NCBI GenBank assembly: GCA_964057225.1 | Contig: OZ059898.1 | Span: forward strand, 5,394,001 to 5,458,000 | DNA from: Auanema rhodensis | Taxonomy: Eukaryota > Animalia > Nematoda | DNA length: 64,000 nt | Reading direction: 5' to 3' | In this document: one piece after another, positions 1 through 11,279 of the stretch | How the letters are laid out: each line of letters opens with the position of its first letter | Position numbering within the stretch: position 1 is the stretch's first letter | Made by a program: the position numbers and the translations under genes | Notes under the pieces: model-generated | Databases searched by the model: none | Seen by the model: the letters and a program-made list of their open reading frames with translations, nothing else | Told to the model about the DNA's origin: nothing

Positions 1-1143
1 CGTCTGTATCCTCCAGCTTGAACGTTGGCGTTGGCATTGCGCTGTGGACATGGACAATATTCGGCATCCTTTCCTGGTTCTCCTTCCTCTCCAGCTTCTC
101 CTGAAGCTCCTGGGGCACCATCGTCTCCCTTGGCTCCTTGTGGCCCGCGTTCTCCTGGTGGTCCAGCTTGTCCTGGGGCTCCAGTATCTCCCTATACATA
201 TTCCATTACAAATGTTCCAATAATATTCTGTACCTGTGATCCATCGTCTCCTCTATCTCCGAGAAGTCCTGGAGTTCCCTTGGCTCCTGGAAGACCAATC
301 TGGTGTTCGACATCCTCTCCTGGCTCTCCTTGGGGTCCTTCCTCTCCGATTGGTCCTGGGGCTCCGATTCCTCCGATGGTTCCTGGGAATCCTGGTTGTC
401 CGTCTCTTCCTGGCATAGCGGCTTGTCCACGAGCTCCGCGCATACCACGTGGTCCTGGCTTTCCTGAGGGTCCTGAACATACATAATATATAATAAGTTA
501 GAAAAATATAATAACCTGCTGGTCCAGCTGGTCCTTGTGGGCAGTTGAAGCATCCAGCGTATTGTTGTGTTTGAGCTTGAGCGTCATCAGCATCTTGTCC
601 ATCATGTCCTGGAACTCCTGGGAGTCCGTCTGGTCCATCGTGTCCTTGTTCTCCCTTTGGTCCTGCGGGTCCGGCGGGACAAGTGTTATCGGCTTTGCAG
701 TTGCAGCTACCGCTTGGTCCGGCTTAAAGATATAATAATGGTAATGATATAATTCGTAGTGACTTACATGATGGTCCGTCATTGAAGGCAGTGTTGCTAA
801 TGGAAGGTGGGACTCCAATAGTTCCGGGAAGGTTGGCTCCAGAAGGATGTGGGCTTCCTCCTGATTCTCCTCCTGGATATGGTTGATCTCCGAAACCTCC
901 TTGTGGTCCTGGGAATCCAGAGCGTGGTGGTGGAGCAGCATAACCATAAGCTTGACGACGAACACGACCGTACTTATTCATATCTCTCCATAAGGAGTCG
1001 GACTCAGCCTTCCAGGAATCCATCTCGGTGTCAAGTTCATTACGAATCTCACTAATCTCTTGAATAACCATTGGGAATGAAACCAAACAGGCCATAAGAG
1101 CAATGGCACCTAGGCCAATGGCTGCGCAGCCAGCCTCGTACAT
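1..1143 (-). CDS. col-17: Cuticle collagen of the SQT-1/ROL-6 group, COL-17-like (3' end truncated by the window edge)
   Basis: Exons 1143-768, 722-516, 472-234 and 191-<1, joined by GT-AG introns of 45, 43 and 42 nt in consistent phase. The protein has a hydrophobic N-terminal anchor (MYEAGCAAIGLGAIALMACLVSFPM), a Col_cuticle_N-like region and a furin site RVRR. It also has Cys clusters CNC..C, CFNC and YCPCP, plus Gly-X-Y blocks. Segments MRGARGQAAMPGRDG, DVEHQIGLPGAKGTPG and CPCPQRN match C. elegans COL-17 as recalled. Collagen identity is certain; the orthologue assignment is less so. Confidence 0.93.
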
Positions 1144-1253
1144 CTTAAAAGAAGAACTATGAATAAAGAAAAAAATTGATTCTAGTTTTAAAGTAATAAT
1201 ATCATATTGAGAAAACCTCAAGATGCAAATGAAGAAGAATGCGATTATTTCTT

Positions 1254-1262
1254 CTTTTATAC
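1254..1262 (-). promoter_or_regulatory. TATA box (GTATAAAAG) of the collagen gene
   Basis: Exact nematode-type TATA motif about 110 nt upstream of the collagen ATG, in the correct orientation. Confidence 0.75.
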
Positions 1263-1278
1263 TGGCAGATCCAGAGGA

Positions 1279-1289
1279 TGACCCACTTA
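1279..1289 (-). promoter_or_regulatory. ROR response element (TAAGTGGGTCA), candidate NHR-23 site
   Basis: Perfect match to WAWNTRGGTCA, 16 bp upstream of the collagen TATA box. Confidence 0.55.
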
Positions 1290-1683
1290 TGGAAATATGA
1301 CAAAGGCGGGACAGGTTTGATTATAGATAAGAGGATATTGCAAGGACATATGATTGCAATCAGGCAGGATCTCGGCAATAATATTGCTGATAGACGACAA
1401 TAAGATCTACTATATAGATCCTATCAAACCGAGAATAGAGAAAAGTGTATGGCAAGAATATTTATTCAATTTAAAATAATAAATATACAAATTTGATCAA
1501 ACTGTTTAGTCAAACTTCGAGCATTATTAGTTTATTATAAAAAGAGGTAAGACGGATGTAAAATTATTGTGCTCTGCACCAGCATATTAGTTATTTAATA
1601 TAAAGGAATATTTAATACATATAAAGTAGGAAGATAAGTAAACGAAATATATATATATATATACATGACTGGATTAACCATGC

Positions 1684-3823
1684 TTAACCGTAATATTCAG
1701 TATATTCATAATAAGCAGCATCTTGTGCAGCTTGCATCGAGTATAAGAAAGCAATAACGGAATCCCTTATACTAGTAGAACTTGTAGGAAAATGTCCTTC
1801 AATTTCCGGCATCACCTGCAATTTTCCAATATTTACAACATAAATAGGGAAAATAAACCTCAGATCTTGTGGCATCTTCAGGAACAGGTATACCGAAGAA
1901 ACGGCAATAACGACGAAGTGTAGAAAGAGGAAGAGAAGATAATACACTCTTAAGTTGTGGATACAAAAAAAGAAGATTTGCAAAAACTATTACCTTATAA
2001 CCTCCATCCGGAATTATATCCTTATATCCATCAAAAAGTTCGTTTCTTGCTCTTCTCGACAAAAAGTAATCATGATTCTAAAGTAAATAGATAACTATAT
2101 AATTTAAAAAGTTCTTACATGACTTAATAAATGTTTATCACGCAACTCTTCAATCTCTTTTCGATTAACAACAAAATCATAATCAAAATTGTCGTCAGAA
2201 TCAGAGCATTCATCATAAGTATTGCTGAGATCATTATGGCCCTTCTTGGATCGTTTCTCAGGTCGTCGTTTTTTTTTGAAATGTTTTTTTGAAGCATATA
2301 TTGGCTCTAACTTCTCAACAACAATATGTTCATTATCCGTCAGATCAAAATCGACATCGAGTATTTCAGCTGCTTTAGTTTTCCCGGATAACAAATGAAC
2401 TTGTACGGTTTTCTTTGTATGTGCGGGATTAGTACAAATTGTTTGAACAGAGCTATCTGAAAAAATAATACAAACATTAAAATTTTGGTATATTCTGACC
2501 ACCTAGCATACTGCTTCCATCGTAAGCTCTAAGGGTAAAATTATTTTGATTTGTACAGAATGATGAACCATCTTGGATTGTTTCAATATTTGTATTGGTA
2601 GAATATTCGTCAACAGATTCTTTTTTAACTTCACATTCTTCTAATTTCGTACTGGTTTCTTCTTTTATCACGACCACATTAGAATCACAAAGCTCCATGT
2701 GTTCATCAGTGTCCAGAAAGCATGATTCCGAATAATCATCATCCTTTATGGTAGCTACTTCAGATATAAGACGATGCATACCAGGAGGAATTCCTTCAGT
2801 TCTTCGGCATCTATATTTAGTCCCGACAAGCTGATATCTTTCTGGTTGCCTGTAATATTACATCTTGGAAAATTTTTTGAACTTTTACAAAAACTAACAC
2901 AATCAAAGGGTCTATAAAGCCTTTTTTAATATTAAGAGCGCTCTTTTTCTTCAATTGTTTCGAACAGACTCTCGGAGCAGTACTAGCTTCGGCCGTAGGA
3001 TCAAAAGTAGTAAAATCACATGGAGGAACGTAAATGCTCTCTCCGGGTATGAACTCTTCTTCACCTCCAGCTTCATATAAAACATGAGCAAAATGTTCCG
3101 ATCTCAAGTGTTTTCTTTTGATAGCTGCTTCATGCTGAAAGTTAATAAAATTATGTAGAAAACTGAAGTCAAACGTACCTTGTGAATTCTTAAATTTTTC
3201 TCTAAAATCGTTTCCTCGTAGCATATATTCTCGACATCGAAATGAGCATATGTTTTTGTTTTCAACGATCGGCCTTGTGGACTGTACTTAATTACTCTCC
3301 AGTGAAATCGACAGAGCAAATTGTGTTCAGCCTATCAAAAAAAATTAAAGATATATCTGAGGAATAAAATAAATTACTTCTCGCGCAATTGCTATTGGTA
3401 AACCTTTTGAAGTGGACATGCATTGCAAAGTCCCGGTTAAAGATCGTTTTCCGATAGGTCGAGTACACCTTTCATATCCATTGGGTGAAGCTTGTGCAAT
3501 ACAACATCTGTACAACCCCTATTTATAAAAATTATAACATAGCAAAAATAATAATCAACTTACGTCAAACGGAGGGTCAAACTTTGGTAAAGGTGGTAAA
3601 AACCAGGGCTTCGTTTTATTTTTCTTAATTTTTTTTTTCATAATTTTAGCCTGAATAAAAACATGTCAAAACAAAAAAAATAAAATGCTACTTGTTCTGG
3701 AAAGTCTTCATGGTTGCGGAACAACGGATATGCTGTAGTATTTTTCGATATGCGAGCTACATTACTTATTAAAGCCTTTCGAAATTCATTAAACTCCTTC
3801 ATTGTTTCCTCCGGAGATAACAT
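1684..3823 (-). CDS. SAP30: SAP30/SAP30L-family Sin3-HDAC complex subunit homologue, ~580 aa, with an expanded central linker
   Basis: Predicted exons 3823-3692, 3650-3564, 3518-3378, 3331-3179, 3134-2899, 2849-2500, 2456-2119, 2077-1994, 1948-1859 and 1815-1684 (1743 nt, all GT-AG, introns 41-49 nt). The N-terminal CC..ERC-x35-C-x2-H motif matches the SAP30 zinc finger. The C-terminal LSSLPLSTLRRYCRFFGIP...GHF...FLYS aligns without gaps to the SAP30 Sin3-binding domain. Confidence 0.85.
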
Positions 3824-3825
3824 AA

Positions 3826-3832
3826 CTGAAAA
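3826..3832 (-). other. Candidate SL trans-splice acceptor (TTTTCAG) of the SAP30-like gene
   Basis: Consensus nematode 3' splice site 2 nt upstream of the ATG, preceded by a U-rich tract, with little room for an upstream exon before dnc-2. Confidence 0.65.
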
Positions 3833-4058
3833 TAGAAATGAGAAAAAAAACTGTAGGAAGCTCAAGGAAATTAAAATTATAAATTTAATAAGCAACTTGA
3901 AATATGCTTGAAAAGGTTGAAAAGCTGCTCGAGCGTTATTTCTGCATGAAAGCGTCGTGGGACCAATTGTTTTCATAGCGATATAATATAATTCCTTAAC
4001 GATTGGACTAAAAGGCTACTACATTTTTTATATTTAATTTATTCGTAACTTATCTAAA
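3833..4058. promoter_or_regulatory. Bidirectional promoter shared by the SAP30-like gene and dnc-2
   Basis: The divergent start codons (3823 on minus, 4059 on plus) are separated by only 235 bp. Confidence 0.65.
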
Positions 4059-5501
4059 ATGGCATCTGGACCTAAGGAAGATGTTTATGAAAGTGAAGAT
4101 TTACCTGAAGTTGATCAGAATGTCTTTCCTCGAGATGAGTCAAACAATCCCAACATTGAATTGGTGAGCTAAATTTAAACAGAACTAATTTAATAGTAAT
4201 AATTAATAAATTACTTGATGGTTTTCTGCAGGTTCATATTGATATTGATGCTGCTAAGAAACGATATGAAGGCAAAACTCTTAATGTTGTAGGAGTTGGT
4301 GAGATAAGGTTATAATGCTTTTTTGAAATTGTACATTTAGACTTTTCTGATTCTATTGCTAAAAAAAGAATGAAATGTTATGGAAGTAATGCTTATGTTC
4401 TAGAAGTTGTTGGCAAAGGTAATTGTTTAGATGAAAGTTTATTCAAAATATATTTATTTACAGAGTATTCAGAACCAGAAACATCTGAGCAAAAAATTAA
4501 TAGATTAACCTATGAATTGAATGAGTTGTTAGATGGTCTGAAGGTAAACGTTCCAGATGCTAGAAAAGTCATTATAAGATTACAGAATGATACAATTTCC
4601 GAATCGGAAACATTGAATCCTGCTGCAGTAAATGAGTTATTGAATGAACTTAAGGTCTTGATGTTATAAGAAAGATAAATGAAAAGTTAATGTTTTACAG
4701 AGTGTCAAAGTTGCCAAAGAATCTGGAACCAGCACTGTACTGAATTTGGAAAAAGTGCCTAAGAAAATTTCTGCATTAAATGAAGCAACGGTATATATTG
4801 CAATATCTTTTATGTGAATTAAAATCTTTATTTGAGTTAATTCCGCTGGAGCAACGTTTAAGAAAGCTGGAAATATTACTTGGCCCTATTGATAGTACTA
4901 AACAGCCATTACTTGATGCTTTGGAGGACCTTAAGTAAGTTTATTTTAAACGGTTTTCTTATTATTTCACCTTTTTAGATTCCGTACTGAAGCTTTAAAT
5001 CCTACAATTGTTGAAGGGCTCGAAACTCGACTAAATCATGCTATGACTAAACTGCAACAGGCAATATCTAGTCTTGAGATAATTTGTAATTTGTTTTTAG
5101 ATTGATGAAAAAAAAGAAAAGAATGTAGAAGGTGATGTAGAGAATAACGTTAATGAAGTTTTGGCTTTAATGAACAAATGGGACGCTTCTTGTTCCTCAC
5201 TTCCAAGTAACGTAAAAAAAGTTCAAGCTCTTCATAAATTACATGAGCAAGGTATGTACTGATTTTTAAATGTTTTATATATGTTTTTAGCCGCTTCCTT
5301 CTCTGAAAGATTATCTCATCTTGTTGGTATCCGCGACCAAGTTGAAAAAGCTATATCTTCCGATAAGGAGATGCTTCGTGAGCTGCAGGTTTGTTGAATG
5401 ATTCATACTTTTATTACTTGAGTTACTTGTAGATGCAAGCTAAAGATAACTTCTCACACATGCTTAAGCAAATTGAAAATTTGGAGAAAAGGTTGGGATA
5501 A
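4059..5501 (+). CDS. dnc-2: Dynactin subunit 2 (p50/dynamitin), ~328 aa
   Basis: Exons 4059-4163, 4232-4298, 4341-4418, 4464-4543, 4586-4654, 4701-4790, 4837-4934, 4979-5060, 5101-5251, 5291-5388 and 5433-5501 (987 nt). Dynamitin motifs present: EDVYESEDLPE, IELVHID, VDFSDSI, ETSEQKINRL..ELNEL, LEQRLRKLE and ALHKLHEQAASF. Confidence 0.93.
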
Positions 5502-6391
5502 TTGTATGTATCTTTTTAACCCGGTTGAGCTCGTTTTATCCTCAACTCTGCTTTATTGTGTATGTTAAGAGCGTGATAATACTAGTGTATGTATTTATTT
5601 TATTTAGGGTTTATTACACTTATGACGCGTTGTACACATTTTTCTATTTATAAATTAAATATAAATAACAGATTTATTCCAATACAATGCTTATATAATA
5701 TTATATTTGAGATCTAATCACAATTTACAAACTTATAAATAATAAATTCGCATGTTTAGACATCTTGAAAGACGCGTAGTTTATTAAACTTAGATATGTA
5801 ATTTGGTTATGCAATATTTCCATGCTAAGACGAATGGTTCTGACATAATTAGACACTGTCTGAGAAGAGTGGCAAATAAAAAACTCATAAACTCAATTTG
5901 GAAATAGGCCTAACCACATGAATAATATACCCAATTTTTAGAGAATATGAAGGAGCTAATACTTCAGACATCGTCTAGGTGTGAAGATCTTGGAAATATA
6001 AACAATACACAAACAATGGACAAAAAAAAAGAGGAAAAAATAGAGAGAGAGAAAGAGAGAGAGATACAAAGAGCACAAAATAGTCTTGAGTGTAATTAAC
6101 AGTAATATATCACATTTTATAGGTATTATTAACTTTAAAATATATACATTAAAAAAACAATAACCTCTGTTTAAGAATTAGTTGTCTTATATTCCATTTA
6201 GAACATATTTGATCGTCAAGGAATATTAAAACGACCTGAGTTAGAACTAGACTTATGAGAGTGTAAAACCAAAACAATAACTGCCAAATGAATTTAAATA
6301 TCGTTGCTTCATTAAGAAACGTTTAGGTCTAAAGGGGAAATTAAGAAAAGACTAGTGATGATTAGGAATAACTTGATCTCCAAAGACCTAT

Positions 6392-9300
6392 TTAGACTCC
6401 AGAATCTACACTTGATGTTCGATTCATGTAGGCCCTAGTAACAGAATTTGGTCTTTCAGCATCATATTGCATGGGATCGTGATTAACTCCATATATCTTG
6501 ATGGCTTTTCGACCCATCCGTTGCAACAGCTCGCAACTTACTCTGTGAGCTGTTCGTAATGAAGTATGCCATTCTTTCAGAGAGATATCATCCTGAAAAT
6601 ATAGATGTTTAGTAATGAACTATTAGAACTTTTGTACATTATTAGTCAAACTTATACGAGGTTCTTTAAACCCATCTCTTAATTTAACGACTATTGCGTT
6701 TTGATCTTTAACACTCTGAAGTTCCACACAAACATCTTCAATTTGATCCATAAAGATTAACTAAACACTTTCAAATTTAAAAAAATTGTATGATATTTCG
6801 TACCTCAGGTTTACCACTCAGAGATTCAGGATACAGTTCTAATCTTGACGGGTACAATTTACCATATCGAGTTTGCCAAGCTGATGTGAAAGGACCTCCC
6901 AGCTTTTTTATATATCCATGCACAATAACATCAGAATCTGTTAAGAAAAAAGATGATTATGTTATATGAAATTAAATTCTTTTTACCTTTCTCATCTATT
7001 GACATTTTTGTTTTTTGTTTTGCTCTTCGTTTTGTTTCTGCCTTATCAGCATCTTGGTTTACTACTTCGAAAATAGTTTCAGCTATTTCGTTTTGCCATC
7101 TCTCCGATATGGTAATATTGAAATTTTTGTATAATTCCGAATCGCCTTCAGATAACTATAAATATTTGTTAATAATTGAAACATTTTCATTCAAATAATG
7201 AAAATTATATTTTGGATTAGGAACATTGGCGTAATCCATGTTTACCATTTCTTTCACAATTAGAAAATATGTAATCAAAACTGCACCTTTACTCCTTTAA
7301 CTTCATCGTCATCAAAGTTTCCGATATCAAAAGCATCTGCAGCATTGACTTCACCTCTCGGAGGTATAAGAGGTGGTGTCATTCGTCGAAGATAAACGGT
7401 TTGCCAATCAACATCTTTGAAGAAAGCATGCTCCTTTACTTCGGATGGTCTTAAGATTTATTTGAAATGCTTTGATAGATTTTGAAGCATTATCTTACCC
7501 TCTTCCTCGACATCCAAGTCGTTCTGGAACATCTCGTTTTAGCAAACCCTCCAATAAATCACGACATTCCGGAGAGAGGCCCTCATTGGGAAGTTCAATA
7601 TCTTGAGTTAAAGTGAGTTTATCAATCTCATTTTTATCTTTGCCCTTATGTTGTCGGAATGGCGAATGTCCCTACAGTTTTAAAAATTTTTTTTGTTTTT
7701 GAAAACAAAATACCTTAAGAAGTTTATAAAGCATACATCCGAGGGAAAACCAATCAGCTGAAGAATCATATGCAACACCTTTGGCTAAAACTTCGGGAGC
7801 CATGTAGCCATGAGTTCCTCTGAAATGTTACATGTAAAACAATGGAAATATGTGAATAATGTTAAATTTCATAAAAAAATAAATCAAAAGTTATAATATA
7901 CTTACACGCTTGCATGAGGCTTTTTCTTAGAAAAATCACACGCCAATCCCAAATCAGATACACGAACCTAAAATAATAGGATTAATAGATGTTTTAGTAT
8001 ATCTGTATTTAAAATATAATTTGTTTTTTAAATACTTATTTCTTTTTGAACATTTTATTATTCATCTTTTCATATATTAGGAATATATTAAAAATCCAAA
8101 ACTCGCTGTTTTTAATAGAAGATATATACATGTACATATAATATAAACATATGTGGGTTGGGCATTTTGGCATTTAAAAATTTGTGTGCAAACCAGTAGA
8201 ATGAATAATATATAGAAAATGGGTTGATGGAGAAAAGAACACTCTGAAGGGTTCCATTTCATAGGTTTCTTCTCAGTCTTTAATCTGTTATTCTCTCCTC
8301 ACTTATTTCTTTATTGTCTGTTTCTTAGATTTGTACAAGAATAAATAACTTGATCAACTATCAACTAAGATTTAGCTTACTCTATCATACATCAACAATC
8401 AATGTCTGCTCTCAGACATAACTGAAAAGCAACATGAAATGAAACTTACATGTCCGTTCTCATCTAACAGAATATTTGCTGGTTTCAAATCTCGGTAAAC
8501 GACAAATCGGTTATGCATATGCTCTAGGCCCAATATGACCTGAAAGAAAACCATTTAAATGAGAAAAAAATATAATATATACCTCAGAAGCATAGAAGAG
8601 CATTTCTTGTTCTGTGAAGACACCATGTTGAGATAAATGGTAATGCAAATCACCTCCATTCATCAAATCAAGTATAAAACAGAGTTTATCAGGTGTTTGA
8701 AAAGCATAAGTCATGCACACAATGAATGGACAATCTTGCTATAATATTAAAAAACGATTGTAAACATTCAGATTTTGATAGTTATACCCCTGTTGAAACA
8801 AGACTGAGCATGATCCTCTCATTTAATGCTAATGTTTCTCCTTGTTTGAGCTTAATACGCTTCTTATCCAAACATTTCATTGCATACCTATAAATAGCTA
8901 GATTTCTAAAATATATATAGACACATATCATTTTCATGGAATAAAATATCATCAATTTTAATTTTCAAACAAGATATTTGAGTAGCTGAGCTAAAATAGG
9001 AACGGAGTAATATCTTAATGATATCAAGAACAAAATTCAAAAAAAAATCGTATCCGAAATATAAACTATTCTTATTTTTCAGCAATGACTGTAAATTTTC
9101 AGAGTTAAGCATACATTTTTCCCGTATCAGCTTTACGACATCCATAGACTTCTCCAAAACCACCTCGACCAATAATTCTATGTACTGAGAAATCATTCAT
9201 GGTCAATTGCATGTTTAATTCAAGATTTTTCCACTGACAAAACCTTGTAAATTTGTCACTGTAAATACATATATACATATAATAAATATTTTTAAAAATA

Positions 9301-11207
9301 TATATTGATACCTTTCCAGAAATTTCTGAAAGATATCGCCTTTCAGTTGATCACAAATTTCAACCACATAACGCTGGAAAAATATATTTATTGATAATAC
9401 ACATTTTAAATAAATTTTGTTTTGTATTACCTGAAAAAGATCAGCTGGTACACTCCCTTTTAAAAGATGATATTGCACATGTTGTAATGATTCTTTTGAA
9501 TAATTCTAAAACAAATCGAATATTGATTCAAATTTGTAATTTACTATTCAAAATAGTTTACAAAATTTTGATTGATTGAAAGAGAATAATCAGATTTTAT
9601 AAACATACATGAGCATGTGCCAACATTTCCACCATTATATGATGATCATAGATTTCTCTTGCTTTTGCCAGCCGCTCTTCAGGTGTTTCCATTTTTTCAT
9701 ATTCTTTTATCTGAATTAGAAAAATACAGTTAAGTAGTAGAAATAATATGTGATTATAAAAGTATAAATATAAACATACAGCTTCATAGAATTTGATTTG
9801 AGGACAAGCATTTTCTGTGACATTCTCAGCGAAATCTTTTAATAATAAGAAACCTAGGCGTTGATTAAAAATTTTCTCGAATTTGATTTCTCCAGTTTTT
9901 TCCAAATATTTCTGCATTATACTCCGAACACTGAAAAGGTAAAAATATTTAATTTTCACTTTGTATTCTGCTTCATTTGTTTGAAGTTTTTCATTTCGTT
10001 TTCTTTGAAGATTGGTTTGACAGGCTAGATTGACAAGTCTTTGGGCTGTGTTTGTTATATTTCATTGATATCTTCAATAAACCAGAATTTTATTTTTTTG
10101 TAAATATTGTTTTACTTAAAGTATGGAAAAAAAAACATCTGAAGCTGATCTTTCTACAGATGTTAAAAAATGAAAATGAGGAATGGAAATAAGACCAAAC
10201 GGAGAAGGGAGAAAAAGTGACTTTACTGCTTTCGTTAACATTCTTCTGGATATACTTATACTCTGATTGAACGGACGGAAGTCAAATTGGGACATGATGT
10301 AGATGAGGAGAAGCAGAAAAGTTGATGAAAACATGACATTTCGACACAATATGGTTATGTTTACTGTGTGCCATCTACATGTTTTCGGAAAAAAGTTGTT
10401 ACCTTCTTGAATTGCTTGGTAGAATATTGTGTTATGTGAATGAATATCTATCTACCTATCTACATATTATATACTAACTATATATATGTATATATGTTTA
10501 TATCACCTATATATATATATAAGTAATTTTCAAATATTAAATTTATATAAGCTAACATTTAGAATTGAATAACATACATATATGTATATAACATAGTAGT
10601 ATTGTAGAAAGTTAAATTAGGTACACGGATACCATTTTAATGGATTGAATATATAGATCAGATTATAGAAGTCTATTGATTTTAGAATAAAAAATTTTGA
10701 AGTCTAGATTCAACTTGAACTTTTGTATTAAAAAATGTTAAGAAAAGAAAAATATTGTGTTTTGAAAATTTTCAGCAATAATTACGATGTTGAATTTATA
10801 GATTTGTAAACTAATGGAATATTCTCAATATATCCTTGAAAAGATAACATTATTTTCAAAAACATTTTGAATAATACTATTATAATGTTCTTATTATAAC
10901 AAAGAACTAATTTCAGAAAAATATAATTCAATTTCCTGAATCACAATTCGATTTAAAAAAATGAACTAAATATGATCTGCTATTCTTTGTTCAATATTTA
11001 ACAAAAACATTTACGCATAATATATAATTAACAAAAAAAAAGAAAAAAAAGAAAAACACTTGAGCATTCTTCCTTTAATTAAAATTTTTTTTACCTCGGA
11101 TCAGGCAATACAATCCGTTTACTGGCACGAGCCGCAGGTTGGCTGCGGCTCTTTTCCATAGCCATCAAATAGCTGACATCAGCTAAAACTGCTTCAAGGT
11201 CAGCCAT
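6392..11207 (-). CDS. grk-2: G protein-coupled receptor kinase 2 (RGS-homology, kinase and PH domains), 707 aa
   Basis: 17 exons: 11207-11095, 9930-9780, 9710-9609, 9505-9431, 9373-9312, 9258-9115, 8887-8788, 8738-8583, 8539-8450, 7967-7906, 7819-7714, 7671-7499, 7449-7287, 7155-6987, 6937-6804, 6760-6638 and 6592-6392 (2124 nt). The N-terminus [20 protein letters not shown] is diagnostic. Also present: [55 protein letters not shown] and a PH domain. Confidence 0.98.
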
Positions 11208-11272
11208 GATCGGATTTGCCCCTCAGCTGATACTATTGTATAGCTGATAAAAAGGGTTAGCTGAGATAAGCT

Positions 11273-11279
11273 CTGAAAA
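11273..11279 (-). other. 3' splice or trans-splice acceptor (TTTTCAG) at the start of the grk-2 5' UTR
   Basis: Consensus acceptor 65 nt upstream of the grk-2 ATG. The intervening sequence has an in-frame TGA, so it is UTR. Confidence 0.6.

Noticed and set aside
25-1055. Plus-strand and alternate-frame ORFs over the collagen
   Set aside because: Shadow ORFs caused by the GC-rich Gly-X-Y codon pattern.
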